Assembly: GCA_015493635.1 (NCBI GenBank)
Contig: WGCU01000076.1
Location: forward strand, 1 to 35,674
Reading direction: 5' to 3'
Length of the DNA stretch: 35,674 bases
Source of the DNA: Spirochaetaceae bacterium
GTDB taxonomy: Bacteria > Spirochaetota > Spirochaetia > B11-G9
The notes beneath the pieces are model-generated. The model was not told the DNA's origin, did no database searches, and saw only the letters and a program-made list of their open reading frames with translations. Shown here piece after piece: positions 1 to 8,985 of the stretch. The position numbers were made by a program, and so were the translations under genes. Numbering within the stretch: position 1 is the stretch's first letter; the number at the start of each line of letters is the position of its first letter.

Positions 1-149
1 CAGGAGCCTAAAATCACAAAAAAAGTACTGATTTTACCTTTGAGAAGAGGAAATTCAATAAAATAGAGGTCATCTTGATACAACGGACATTCTATTATAA
101 ATATTGTCATGTATTATTTCGCTAAAATGGGGTACTTCGCAAAAAGCTC
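1..149. repeat. Left copy of a perfect 149-bp terminal inverted repeat; its partner is at 35526-35674. It is non-coding and AT-rich, with an internal 8-bp-stem hairpin (9-36) and sigma70-like hexamers.
   Basis: I compared 1-149 base by base with the reverse complement of 35526-35674 and found 149/149 identity. The match breaks at position 150 (a, versus t in the mirror). Confidence 0.95.
75..103 (+). promoter_or_regulatory. Candidate sigma70-like promoter inside the left repeat copy (TTGATA-N17-TAAATA, or -N15-TATAAA) reading toward the Hpt/kinase operon.
   Basis: The hexamers are visible in the sequence. The background is AT-rich, so this is weakly specific. The same motif is mirrored at 35572-35600 facing the PFOR gene. 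Confidence 0.3.
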
Positions 150-212
150 AGATAGATATTTTATTGATAAATGGAGATTTTTGTGAGAAAGTAAGAGAAA
201 GGAGTTAAAATA

Positions 213-527
213 GTGTATTCATTACAGTCCCTGGCAGACGAGATAGAGTTAAGCGTAGAGGATTTTAAACCGCTTTTACAGGCGTTTATTGAGCAGACCG
301 AGCATGATCTTGGGGAAATTCAGAAAAATACTGCAGATTATGACAGTGCCCGTGTCTCTGAAAGAGTTCACAGTATCAAAGGTGCCTCGTTGAATCTCGG
401 CCTAACCGGAATATCCCGGATTATTGAAGAAATGAGCTCTGCAAACAGAAGCGGTAATACTGCTGTGTTGACGGAACTGCTTAATTCCTGCTCCAAAGAG
501 GTCGATATTCTAAAAAGATTGTTATAA
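213..527 (+). CDS. Stand-alone histidine phosphotransfer (Hpt) domain protein with a GTG start.
   Basis: It has the Hpt signature around the phospho-His: ERVHSIKGASLNLGL. The RBS AAAGGAG lies 8 nt upstream of the GTG. At 104 aa it is a single domain. Confidence 0.8.
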   Translation: MYSLQSLADEIELSVEDFKPLLQAFIEQTEHDLGEIQKNTADYDSARVSERVHSIKGASLNLGLTGISRIIEEMSSANRSGNTAVLTELLNSCSKEVDILKRLL

Positions 528-536
528 GGAAGAAAA

Positions 537-1946
537 GTGAAAAAAATTCTGGTCATTGATAATCATGTTGTAACCCTGAAATATCTCGAAATGCTCCTGG
601 GGAAGGAAGGCTACGATGTCCGTACCGCAAAGGACGGTATTGAGGCTCTTGACATCATCAAAAATTTTAAGCCGGATGTTTTTTTTGTTGATCTCGTTAT
701 GCCGTATATACGGGGAGAGAAACTTATTCCGATTTTAAGAAATATCGATGAGGTGCGTGATTCAAAGATTGTTGTTTTATCCGGAATTGCGGCGGAAATT
801 GAGAGTGATCATCTAAAGTTCGGGGCTGATGCCTGTATAGCAAAAGCTCCCTTTAATAAAATGGGAACGTATATTCTTGATCTTCTTGCGTTATTTAAAA
901 AAGGGGAAACCCATGCTCCCATTCCTGATGTTATCGGTGTTGATGATGTATACAAGCGGGCCGTTACCACAGAGCTTATTGCGGGGCGGAGACATACCGA
1001 TGTTATCCTGAATAATATTTCTGATGGTATTGTTGAATGCAACCGCAGCCACCGTATTGTTTATGCAAATACAGCCGCCATGAAATTTCTTGGCGGAAAC
1101 GCAACGGAAATAATTTTCTCTCCTTTTGAATCTTTCTGGTGCAAGGAAAATGCGGCGGCAATTCAAACGTATCTGGATGAAGTATTAAAACAAGAAGCTG
1201 GAATTCCGGTAACCGTACAGAAAGATGCTTTGTCCTATGAGATCCATGCCCAGTTTCTTAAAACTGAAAATGATGAAACCTTTATTATTATTTTAAAAGA
1301 TATTACGCATTTTAAGCAGAAGCTCAAGGAAAAAGAGACAGTGCTGAAAGAGGTGTATCACAGGGTAAAAAATAATCTGGTTCTCATTTCAAGTATAATC
1401 AATCTTCAGATAGGAGAGTGTAATGACGAAGAGGAACGTGACGTCCTCCATGATTTGAAAAACAGGATAGATTCAATTGCTCTTATACATAGCAAGATAT
1501 TTAAAAGTGAGGATCCTGATCTTCTCCCGCTTAAAGAGTATGTAGAAGAGTTGCTTTCAACACTTATTTACTCAGAAATGGATAGTACTGTATCAGTTGC
1601 GTATACCGTTTCCGTACCGGATGTTCAACTGGATGCGGATTATGCTGTTCCCTTAGGGCTTATAATTACTGAACTAACTTCAAATGCATTACGATATGCT
1701 TTTACCGGTAATGCAGTCGGGAATATATCTGTTACCGGAGTATTATCGGATCCAAATACCCTGTCTATTGTTTTTCAATCTGACGGGATTGCTCCGCCGG
1801 AGTATTTTTCTTTTTTAGAATCCAATCTGTTATGTCTGCGCCTGGTAGAAGCTCTTGTTATGCAGCTTCATAGTTCCATTGCATTTAACGGTGAAAACGG
1901 AGCCGTCTATTCTTTCTCTGTTCCTCTTCGAAAAGCTGCTGAATGA
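537..1946 (+). CDS. Hybrid sensor histidine kinase with an N-terminal receiver (REC) domain, a PAS domain, a HisKA_2-type dimerisation/phosphoacceptor domain and a HATPase_c domain.
   Basis: The REC domain carries the FFVDLVMP acidic pocket. The kinase carries the HRVKNNLVLISSIINLQ motif, which is the HisKA_2/HWE-type H-box, and a C-terminal ATPase region. It sits 9 nt after the Hpt gene. Confidence 0.85.
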   Translation: MKKILVIDNHVVTLKYLEMLLGKEGYDVRTAKDGIEALDIIKNFKPDVFFVDLVMPYIRGEKLIPILRNIDEVRDSKIVVLSGIAAEIESDHLKFGADACIAKAPFNKMGTYILDLLALFKKGETHAPIPDVIGVDDVYKRAVTTELIAGRRHTDVILNNISDGIVECNRSHRIVYANTAAMKFLGGNATEIIFSPFESFWCKENAAAIQTYLDEVLKQEAGIPVTVQKDALSYEIHAQFLKTENDETFIIILKDITHFKQKLKEKETVLKEVYHRVKNNLVLISSIINLQIGECNDEEERDVLHDLKNRIDSIALIHSKIFKSEDPDLLPLKEYVEELLSTLIYSEMDSTVSVAYTVSVPDVQLDADYAVPLGLIITELTSNALRYAFTGNAVGNISVTGVLSDPNTLSIVFQSDGIAPPEYFSFLESNLLCLRLVEALVMQLHSSIAFNGENGAVYSFSVPLRKAAE

Positions 1947-1972
1947 AACCGTAACCATTACGTATATAAAAG

Positions 1973-2005
1973 TAAAAAAGCTCCCGTCCTGCGGGAGCTT
2001 TATAA
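1973..2005. terminator. Bidirectional intrinsic terminator between convergent genes. Stem is agctcccg / cgggagct (1979-1986 and 1992-1999), loop tcctg, flanked by an A-run upstream and tttata downstream.
   Basis: An 8-bp GC-rich stem is visible in the sequence, with A-rich and T-rich flanks. Confidence 0.55.
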
Positions 2006-2023
2006 CACTAAACGAAAAGATTT

Positions 2024-3115
2024 CTACTTATTAATAACAAGCTCTGTTTCACCGTCAAAGAAAACAGCCTTGGAGAAATCAACAGTAAAATTCAGTTTCT
2101 GATCCACAGCTATGTTAATATCAGGTGCTACACGAGCTATAAACTGATGTTTGCCTGTATAAAGATACACGTGAATTTCAGCTCCCAACGGCTCCACAAC
2201 GGTTACATGGGCATTCATGGTCTTGTGCGGAATTGCTTCCGGAACATAGCTGATGTCTTCCGGACGGATACCGAAGATAAGATTTTTACCTACATAACTT
2301 TTTAAATATTCCCCGCCAGGTACTTCCATCTTGAACGTACCCTCATCAATAAACACTTTACCGTTTTCTTCTGTAGCGGTAACCTGCATAAAGTTCATGG
2401 GAGGTGAACCTATAAAACCCGCGACAAACTTGTTTGCCGGTTTATTGTACAGGTCAAGGGGCGATCCTATCTGCTGAATAACACCGTCCTTTAGTACAAC
2501 AATCTTATCTGCCATGGTCATTGCTTCCACCTGATCATGGGTAACATAGATCATTGTTGCCTTGAGTCTGTTATGCAGACTTGAAATTTCCGCTCTCATC
2601 TGCACCCTAAGTTTTGCATCAAGGTTTGAAAGAGGTTCATCAAAAAGGAAAACTTTCGGCTGCCGGACAATAGCACGTCCTACTGCAACCCGCTGTCTCT
2701 GTCCACCGGAAAGCGCTTTTGGTTTCCGGTCAAGGAGTTCTTCTATGTCAAGAATTTTAGCTGCCTCATTAACCCGCTTAACTATTTCTTCTTTGGAGAA
2801 CTTTCTTATTTTTAGACCGAAGGCCATATTGTCGTACACAGTCATATGCGGATACAGCGCGTAATTCTGAAAAACCATCGCAATATCCCTGTCTTTCGGG
2901 GGTACATTATTAACAACCTTACCGTCTATAAGCAGCTCACCTTCCGAGATGTCTTCCAGCCCTGCGATCATTCTCAGTGTCGTGGATTTTCCGCAGCCTG
3001 AGGGTCCAACAAGAACAAGAAACTCTTTGTCCTCTACAACGATATTTGCATTATCAACTGCACGAACATTACCGTCATACACCTTTCCAATGCCTTTCAA
3101 TTCAACTTTAGCCAT
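2024..3115 (-). CDS. ABC transporter ATP-binding protein of the MalK/UgpC/MsiK type, with a C-terminal TOBE regulatory domain.
   Basis: Walker A GPSGCGKST, Q-loop, signature LSGGQRQRVAVGRA, Walker B FLFDEP and H-loop are present. At 363 aa it is typical of carbohydrate-importer ATPases. Confidence 0.92.
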   Translation of the reverse strand: MAKVELKGIGKVYDGNVRAVDNANIVVEDKEFLVLVGPSGCGKSTTLRMIAGLEDISEGELLIDGKVVNNVPPKDRDIAMVFQNYALYPHMTVYDNMAFGLKIRKFSKEEIVKRVNEAAKILDIEELLDRKPKALSGGQRQRVAVGRAIVRQPKVFLFDEPLSNLDAKLRVQMRAEISSLHNRLKATMIYVTHDQVEAMTMADKIVVLKDGVIQQIGSPLDLYNKPANKFVAGFIGSPPMNFMQVTATEENGKVFIDEGTFKMEVPGGEYLKSYVGKNLIFGIRPEDISYVPEAIPHKTMNAHVTVVEPLGAEIHVYLYTGKHQFIARVAPDINIAVDQKLNFTVDFSKAVFFDGETELVINK

Positions 3116-3171
3116 ACTATCCTCCAGAAATTATCTTATAACAAACAGAGTAATATGGATTTATCCTCTTG

Positions 3172-4425
3172 TCAATCTAATAGTGATTTTTGGGATGGAT
3201 TTTGTTTTTCCCACTTTATCATGGTATCTTTCAATGTGTCTGGTGGAGGATTATCTGTGTTGGCTTGCTGGAAAAGCCATGGTTTTATAATGTGTTCTTT
3301 AATAGTTATCCAGTTTTCCGGTACTGCCGGAGGAAACAGCAGAGCTGTTTCAGGCGGGATATGCCCCATTAATGCGGGATGCAATTTGGGAAGTTCGTTG
3401 TTGTTTATTTCACGAAGAGAAGAAAGTCCCTGGCCGATGCCGAAAATTCTTATGCGTTTATGAATAGTGGCTTCCAGAAATTTCTTTTGAGTTTCTCTCT
3501 TGAAAAACCATGAAAGAAAAATTTCAGCATCTCTTTTGTTGCCGGCACCCTTGGGAATCCCTGTATAGAGAATATTTTGGAGGGCATGGACATGATTGTT
3601 GTGAGAGAGCCATCTGAAATCAAGGTCTTTTCTCTTTTCAGGCGGAAGCGCGAAAAAGGAAGTAAGATTAGCGTATGCAAATGAGATTCTCCCCTCTTCA
3701 ATTAGATTTGGTTTCGGGTCATAAAGATATTTTTCACTGAATTCACGCTCCTGTATCAGCCCTCCATTAACCGAAAGAATCCAGTTTTGAATAAACTGTA
3801 TCGATTTTTCAAGATTTTCATTATTCCATGTGATAAATGAATGGGTTTGTTTGAAATCAGTGTTGTACAGTTTTGTTATCTGAAACAGCATTTCTGTGTT
3901 CCATAAGGGAGAAAAGCCTTCAACAGCATGTGTTCTTTTACTTTTTTTGTTTGCTGCCTGTGAGGCTTCTTTCAGTGTATCCAGATTCATAAAGAAGGGA
4001 ACGATAAAGGGTGAGGCAGAATTCTTTTTAAAGAAAATCAGGGGCAGATTAAATGAAACAGGAAGCAGTATCTGATGTCCGTCCATGCTGCCCTCTTTTA
4101 GCAGATTGACGTAAAATAATGTTTTATCAATTTTTTCTTTTTTAAAAAGAGAATCCAGCTGGATAAAGAGCGGAAAGGTCTCTGCAGCGTTTAAATACTC
4201 GTCAAATACGAGATCGGGGGGAGTGGTGGCTGTTCCAAGTGCATCTCCCGGATTTTTCTTGTACTCAATTTCGACTTTTGTCTTGCTGTGAATAGCGTTG
4301 AATTCTTCAACATACGCGGCAATCTCCGGTCTGTTAGTCCACAGAACAACGGTATGTCTTTCGTACTGACTGCAGGAAACGCCAAGAAGCAGTATGCCTG
4401 TGATTAAAAAAATGTATTTCTTCAT
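3172..4425 (-). CDS. Putative ABC-transporter solute-binding lipoprotein (family-1 extracellular solute-binding protein).
   Basis: It has a lipoprotein signal peptide with a Cys (LLLGVSCSQ). At 417 aa, its mature N-terminus begins VVLWTN, as sugar-binding proteins do. It lies immediately upstream of the MsiK-like ATPase. No permease genes are adjacent. Confidence 0.55.
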   Translation of the reverse strand: MKKYIFLITGILLLGVSCSQYERHTVVLWTNRPEIAAYVEEFNAIHSKTKVEIEYKKNPGDALGTATTPPDLVFDEYLNAAETFPLFIQLDSLFKKEKIDKTLFYVNLLKEGSMDGHQILLPVSFNLPLIFFKKNSASPFIVPFFMNLDTLKEASQAANKKSKRTHAVEGFSPLWNTEMLFQITKLYNTDFKQTHSFITWNNENLEKSIQFIQNWILSVNGGLIQEREFSEKYLYDPKPNLIEEGRISFAYANLTSFFALPPEKRKDLDFRWLSHNNHVHALQNILYTGIPKGAGNKRDAEIFLSWFFKRETQKKFLEATIHKRIRIFGIGQGLSSLREINNNELPKLHPALMGHIPPETALLFPPAVPENWITIKEHIIKPWLFQQANTDNPPPDTLKDTMIKWEKQNPSQKSLLD

Positions 4426-4475
4426 GTTCCGTTACTCTAAGATGGAGAAAGTGTATTGTCAATCCCGGGCGCGGT

Positions 4476-5456
4476 ATGAATAATAAAGAAATGTTTTTCT
4501 CTTACAGCACGTATCTAAAAAACAAATATGGTAAACCGGCATTCAGGGTCTCTGTCGACGGCGGATTTTCATGTCCAAACCGGAATAATGATGGAAGCGG
4601 GGGATGTACGTACTGTGATGAACTTGGGTCTCTTGCTGTATACCATCGGGGACAGGAGGCTTCCATTGCTCATTCACTGCCTGAAAATCTCTATCATCCT
4701 TCTCCTTTCTCCGGAAGAGGATTTTCCATGGCAGCCCGGAAGGAGAGGATTGCAAGGCAGATTGATGAAGGAATGGAATTCTTAAAACGCCGGTACGGAG
4801 CAGTTTATTTTCTGCTCTATTTTCAGGCGTTCACGGGGACTTTTGCTCCGGTAAAACAGCTGCGGGAACTGTATGATTTTGCCCTGTCCAGGGCTTCTTT
4901 TAAGGAACTGATCGTTTCAACAAGACCCGACTGTGTCAGTCCGGCTGTTGCGGATCTGCTTTTATCATACAGAAAGCCGGATTTGGATGTATGGGTTGAA
5001 CTTGGTCTACAGAGTTCTCATAACAGCACTCTGTCTCGGATTAACAGAGGACACAGCAAAGAGGATTTTGAAAAAGCTTTTATGCTGCTGAGGGACCGGG
5101 GTTTAAAGATAACGGTTCATCTTATATTCGGGCTGCCGGGGGAAGGCAGGAAAGAGATAATGGAAACAGTGCGGTATATCGCATTGCTGAAACCTGAAGG
5201 TGTAAAAATCCATAATCTTCATATACCAGTGGGGACAGCCCTCTTTACAGAGTACTCCATGGGAGAACTGACCGTACCGTCCGGATACCGGCATCTTTCC
5301 TATGTCTGTGAAGCATTAAAGATGCTGCCGCCGGAGGTTATTATCCACAGGCTGACCTGTGACACTCCCCCCCACCGGCTTGGAGCTCCGAGGACCTTTT
5401 TCAAGAAAGGGACGTTCCTTGCTCTTGTAAAAGACCGGATGCATTATTCTCATTGA
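4476..5456 (+). CDS. Radical SAM protein of the TIGR01212 family (YhcC-like).
   Basis: The N-terminal motif FRVSVDGGFSCPNRNNDGSGGCTYCDE (a Cx(n)CxxC cluster preceded by a conserved block) is characteristic of TIGR01212. The true start may be the downstream Met at about 4491. Confidence 0.8.
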   Translation: MNNKEMFFSYSTYLKNKYGKPAFRVSVDGGFSCPNRNNDGSGGCTYCDELGSLAVYHRGQEASIAHSLPENLYHPSPFSGRGFSMAARKERIARQIDEGMEFLKRRYGAVYFLLYFQAFTGTFAPVKQLRELYDFALSRASFKELIVSTRPDCVSPAVADLLLSYRKPDLDVWVELGLQSSHNSTLSRINRGHSKEDFEKAFMLLRDRGLKITVHLIFGLPGEGRKEIMETVRYIALLKPEGVKIHNLHIPVGTALFTEYSMGELTVPSGYRHLSYVCEALKMLPPEVIIHRLTCDTPPHRLGAPRTFFKKGTFLALVKDRMHYSH

Positions 5457-5457
5457 C

Positions 5458-7020
5458 ATGAGTCTTTTTTTGCCATACATTTGCATTATGGAAGAAAAAA
5501 AGTCTGGCGGTTTTCTGCAGAAGCTCCTCAGCCTGTTCGGTGGTAACGACCCCGCTCTGGAAAAAAAGCGGCAGTTAAAAGAGATTGCCAAAGCTTTAAA
5601 GAAGCAGAGATTCAAGTTTTACCGTGTTAAAAATGAACAGGTTCTTCCGCTCTTTGCCAAATTCTTTTATGATATTTACAAAAATATTACTCCTTCTCAG
5701 GTCTTTCTTGAAAATGCCCAGAACTCATCAGCGTTAAAGATGATAGTTATTGACTCCTTTCTTTCTGATGAACAGTTGAACCGCCGTGAGAAGCTTGATG
5801 AAGAGTATATCAGGAAGCGTTCTGATGAGCTTGATCCCAAGAGTCTTTCGACAGAACTGAAAGATACCCTCGTTTCATATTATGCCGCATTCTCAAGTGA
5901 TGTGGTATCATCTATAGATAGAATGTACAATCTTCTTCTTTCTTTTACTGATTTTACCGGGTTTGATTACTACTTTCTCCTGAAGAAGTTTGATTCCGGA
6001 TTTCCCGAGCGCGATTTTGTTTACAATCCCCGGTTTGAATCCATAAACGGAGAGTATATTGTTGACGATCTGAAAGATTTCCTTGATATTGTTCCTCCCA
6101 TTGTGGAAGATTCTCCCTGGGATAAATTGTTTGATATCCTCAGAAGTTATAAAAATACGGAAATAATAGACAGAGGCGCATGGAAAAAGATTCAGAAAAA
6201 TATTGCAGCGGTTGTAAAAGCTCAAACACTTCTCCTTATGGTCCGCCATATTGACAAGGATCCGAAATATCTTCCGAAACGGTACATGCCATCGGAAAGA
6301 ATTGTTGAGGATCATTTAAACAAGATGAAATCTCAGGCCGAATTAACACTGCAGAAGATAATGAAAGGAAAAAGGGCAAAAAAAATAGATGCTCTATTAA
6401 TGAAAACCTTCGGTACGACTGCAATATCCCGTATGAAAAATTACACAGGGAGAGCAAATATAGCTTTTTCAAAAAAAATGCTTGGCGGGTTTATCTACGT
6501 TGATCCGGCAAATTATCTTAAAGCGTTCCTTCTTGATTACTTTAAACGGGATATAAAAAACCTAGTGGATATTCTCCTTATCCGGGGGAAATGGGCAACC
6601 CAGGTTGCAAGCCAGCAGCTGTCCGAGTCTTTTCATGCTATTATGGATGTAGCTTCCAACCTTGTAACGTTTGATGATCAGCTGTCTGAAGATGGGGAAA
6701 TGGGGTTGAAATTCAAAAATCTGCTCTCCCGTCCGGACAAGGACAAAAACAGTGTTACCATATTAAGGCGTCTTCTCGGAGAGGTGAATGATTCGATGTT
6801 GCACATGCTTACGGAAACGGCTCAGAATTTTGTTATCATGGGCCGCAGTTTAAAAAATATTCTGGAAGATTATGGTAAAAAAGATGCTGAAATGATTATT
6901 AACTGGAAAGAGCTCCAGTCCTCTACTGATGTTGATCTTAAAACTGAAATCTCAAGTATCTATAAAAAAATCTACTATTTTGTCCAGCTTATGCAGTTTT
7001 TTATCAAAAAGAAAAAATGA
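5458..7020 (+). CDS. Conserved-looking hypothetical protein (520 aa, Lys-rich C-terminus). It starts 1 nt after the radical-SAM stop. I could not find a recognisable catalytic motif.
   Basis: It is a long uninterrupted ORF in an otherwise dense coding context. A more likely start is MEEKK at 5488. Confidence 0.6.
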   Translation: MSLFLPYICIMEEKKSGGFLQKLLSLFGGNDPALEKKRQLKEIAKALKKQRFKFYRVKNEQVLPLFAKFFYDIYKNITPSQVFLENAQNSSALKMIVIDSFLSDEQLNRREKLDEEYIRKRSDELDPKSLSTELKDTLVSYYAAFSSDVVSSIDRMYNLLLSFTDFTGFDYYFLLKKFDSGFPERDFVYNPRFESINGEYIVDDLKDFLDIVPPIVEDSPWDKLFDILRSYKNTEIIDRGAWKKIQKNIAAVVKAQTLLLMVRHIDKDPKYLPKRYMPSERIVEDHLNKMKSQAELTLQKIMKGKRAKKIDALLMKTFGTTAISRMKNYTGRANIAFSKKMLGGFIYVDPANYLKAFLLDYFKRDIKNLVDILLIRGKWATQVASQQLSESFHAIMDVASNLVTFDDQLSEDGEMGLKFKNLLSRPDKDKNSVTILRRLLGEVNDSMLHMLTETAQNFVIMGRSLKNILEDYGKKDAEMIINWKELQSSTDVDLKTEISSIYKKIYYFVQLMQFFIKKKK

Positions 7021-7066
7021 AAGGTATCAATACCCCGCCGCGGGGTATTGATACCTTTCGTTCTCT
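7014..7066. terminator. Strong bidirectional intrinsic terminator with a perfect 18-bp stem (7020-7037 and 7041-7058) and loop ccg. It has an A-rich 5' flank, which is T-rich for the minus strand, and tttcgtt on the 3' side.
   Basis: I confirmed that aaaggtatcaataccccg pairs with cggggtattgataccttt. It lies between the convergent genes at 5458-7020 (+) and 7136-8224 (-). Confidence 0.7.
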
Positions 7067-7135
7067 GCACTCGCTTAGGGCAGGGGCTAACAAGTTGTCC
7101 CGCTCCACTCACTCATTTGAGAATAAACTGTCTGC

Positions 7136-8224
7136 TTAATAGACGACCGAAACTCCCGCCATGAGTGATAATCCGCTTTTTCCGGTGAATTCCGGTTTCC
7201 ATGCAAAGGTTGATCCGGGGGACCCGGTTCCAAAAGATATAAGCGTAATAACCGTAAATCCCTGAAACACATTCCATGAAAATCCAGGTATAATAACAGC
7301 TGAACTATCAATCGGAGATATCATGCTCCTGAGAAGCAGTACCATGCCCGAATTAAATGCATATTTAATCTCCGGATACACGTAGATTCCGTAGTTCTCC
7401 CCTGCTGAAGCCAGTATGTGCTGCTTCCACTCCTGCCAGGGTTTTACCATGGTTTCCAGCCGCCAGTTCAGGGTTCCGGCGTAGCCGATTCTATTGATTG
7501 AATATATTCCACCGGTAATGACAAAGCTGTTTTTTACAGCATTGGGAAATGGATCTCCCTTCGGGAAGAATGCAGCTGCAGAAAAATGCCAGTTTATAAC
7601 AAGATTGCCCTGGAGGGTAACATAGACTTTTTGAGTAGTATCTGTGCCGTCGTACAGGAAGCCGGTTTCCAGCTTGATTCCGGCAAGTTTTGTTACCAGC
7701 CTTCCTCCTTCTTTTGATGCATCAAGCCCTGCTGAAAGAATATTCGGAGGCAGGTAGATGCCCTCTGCAAAACTGAAAGGTCCGAGAGGAACGTTCAGGG
7801 AAGTCATCCATGTAGTGGAATCCTGGAATTCGCTTTGCATTAAATTTGTTGTTACCGCATCCGATCCGAATAGAATATCTCCGGCGTTAAAAACAAGGCC
7901 CTCTCCCCAGGAAAACGGAGCCTTGCCTATTACGGCCCTGAAACCGGGAAATTTGAATTTTATATATGCTTTTGATATAAAAAGTGACAGATCCCCGGTT
8001 GCCGGATCACTTGTCCCGTTCAGCACCAGTTCTGATCTTACATTCCGGTTGTTTTTCTGCTTGAAACTTACGGAGAGCTTTCCGAGGCCGGAACCGGTCC
8101 AGGAATCAGAACCGGTTCGTAAAACGGTGTTGTACAGCTCCATTTTGGTGGTAATGCTGTTCTTCCCATAAAGGGGATAGAACATGGAAGCAATCAGGAT
8201 TATTACTGGTAGTATTCGTTTCAT
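7136..8224 (-). CDS. Secreted or outer-membrane protein, candidate beta-barrel. It has a signal peptide without a lipobox and ends in an aromatic residue (...GVSVVY). It is the last gene of the Lol-like operon.
   Basis: The N-terminus MKRILPVIILIASMFYPLYG is a signal peptide. The sequence alternates hydrophobic and polar residues throughout and is rich in Gly, Ser and Thr. The beta-barrel call is an inference, not a family match. Confidence 0.4.
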   Translation of the reverse strand: MKRILPVIILIASMFYPLYGKNSITTKMELYNTVLRTGSDSWTGSGLGKLSVSFKQKNNRNVRSELVLNGTSDPATGDLSLFISKAYIKFKFPGFRAVIGKAPFSWGEGLVFNAGDILFGSDAVTTNLMQSEFQDSTTWMTSLNVPLGPFSFAEGIYLPPNILSAGLDASKEGGRLVTKLAGIKLETGFLYDGTDTTQKVYVTLQGNLVINWHFSAAAFFPKGDPFPNAVKNSFVITGGIYSINRIGYAGTLNWRLETMVKPWQEWKQHILASAGENYGIYVYPEIKYAFNSGMVLLLRSMISPIDSSAVIIPGFSWNVFQGFTVITLISFGTGSPGSTFAWKPEFTGKSGLSLMAGVSVVY

Positions 8225-8225
8225 C

Positions 8226-8972
8226 TTACCAACAAAGCCCCTGGAGGTCGAAAGTCCCTTCAGGAATTACCGGATTTATCTCGAAAGTGTCAATTATGAA
8301 TTCTGTAGAAGACTTCTTTTTCAGCGTATCCCGGATTATCATGTCTACCGGTATGGTGTGGCTGTTGATCTTCCTGGTTTTATTTACCGTAATTTCTTTC
8401 AGTATCTTATCCGATTTGGCGAGCTGGAGAATCTTTACGTAGAGGAATGTCTCTTTGTTTATCCACATTATCTGTTTCTGGTAGGCAACATCCCTGGTCT
8501 TGGCTTTTAAAGCTATCTTGTAGCAGTTTGTTCCGTCAATAGTTTCTTCTCCTTCGGAGTAAACGCTGTAGGAGTCAAGGATACTCTTGTCTCCGGCCAT
8601 ATCATCATAAGACATGTCAGAGCCTAAAACACTCTGCTTGAGCGCAGCGCCTTGAAGCCGGATGACCTCCTCTGCGTCGGGGTAGTAGAGGTATAGTTCA
8701 TCCTTCAGCCGCAGAATCTTCTGCCCTGATTCCTCCTTTCCCGTGAACTCAACCATCGATTTGTCTGAACCTGAAGTGTAGGATATATAGCTGCTGCGCC
8801 GTTCTCCGAAACGGTCTGTAATAATAATGGTTCCCTTACTCCTTGATGCCGGATAAAGTAGATTGGCCTCAAGCTTACGGACAATCTGCTCCGGTGTTAG
8901 TGCAGCAGCCATGGATGTCAGAAGAAATATAAACATAACTGAAATAACAGGTGCCTTTCTTATACTGTACAT
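8226..8972 (-). CDS. LolA-like outer-membrane lipoprotein-sorting family protein, the periplasmic partner often encoded beside FtsX/MacB-type permeases.
   Basis: It has a signal peptide, is 248 aa, and sits directly after two FtsX-type permeases. It carries the family-typical YKI...K / W-INKETF blocks. This is a family-level call from memory. Confidence 0.55.
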   Translation of the reverse strand: MYSIRKAPVISVMFIFLLTSMAAALTPEQIVRKLEANLLYPASRSKGTIIITDRFGERRSSYISYTSGSDKSMVEFTGKEESGQKILRLKDELYLYYPDAEEVIRLQGAALKQSVLGSDMSYDDMAGDKSILDSYSVYSEGEETIDGTNCYKIALKAKTRDVAYQKQIMWINKETFLYVKILQLAKSDKILKEITVNKTRKINSHTIPVDMIIRDTLKKKSSTEFIIDTFEINPVIPEGTFDLQGLCW

Positions 8973-8985
8973 AGTAAACTCCTCC

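Noticed and set aside
7059-7135. A possible tRNA or small RNA gene in the 115-bp gap after the 18-bp-stem terminator.
   Set aside because: No cloverleaf-compatible arms and no T-loop GTTC or D-loop features are present. The GC-rich tail (gggcaggggctaacaagttgtcccgctcc) forms no convincing structure.
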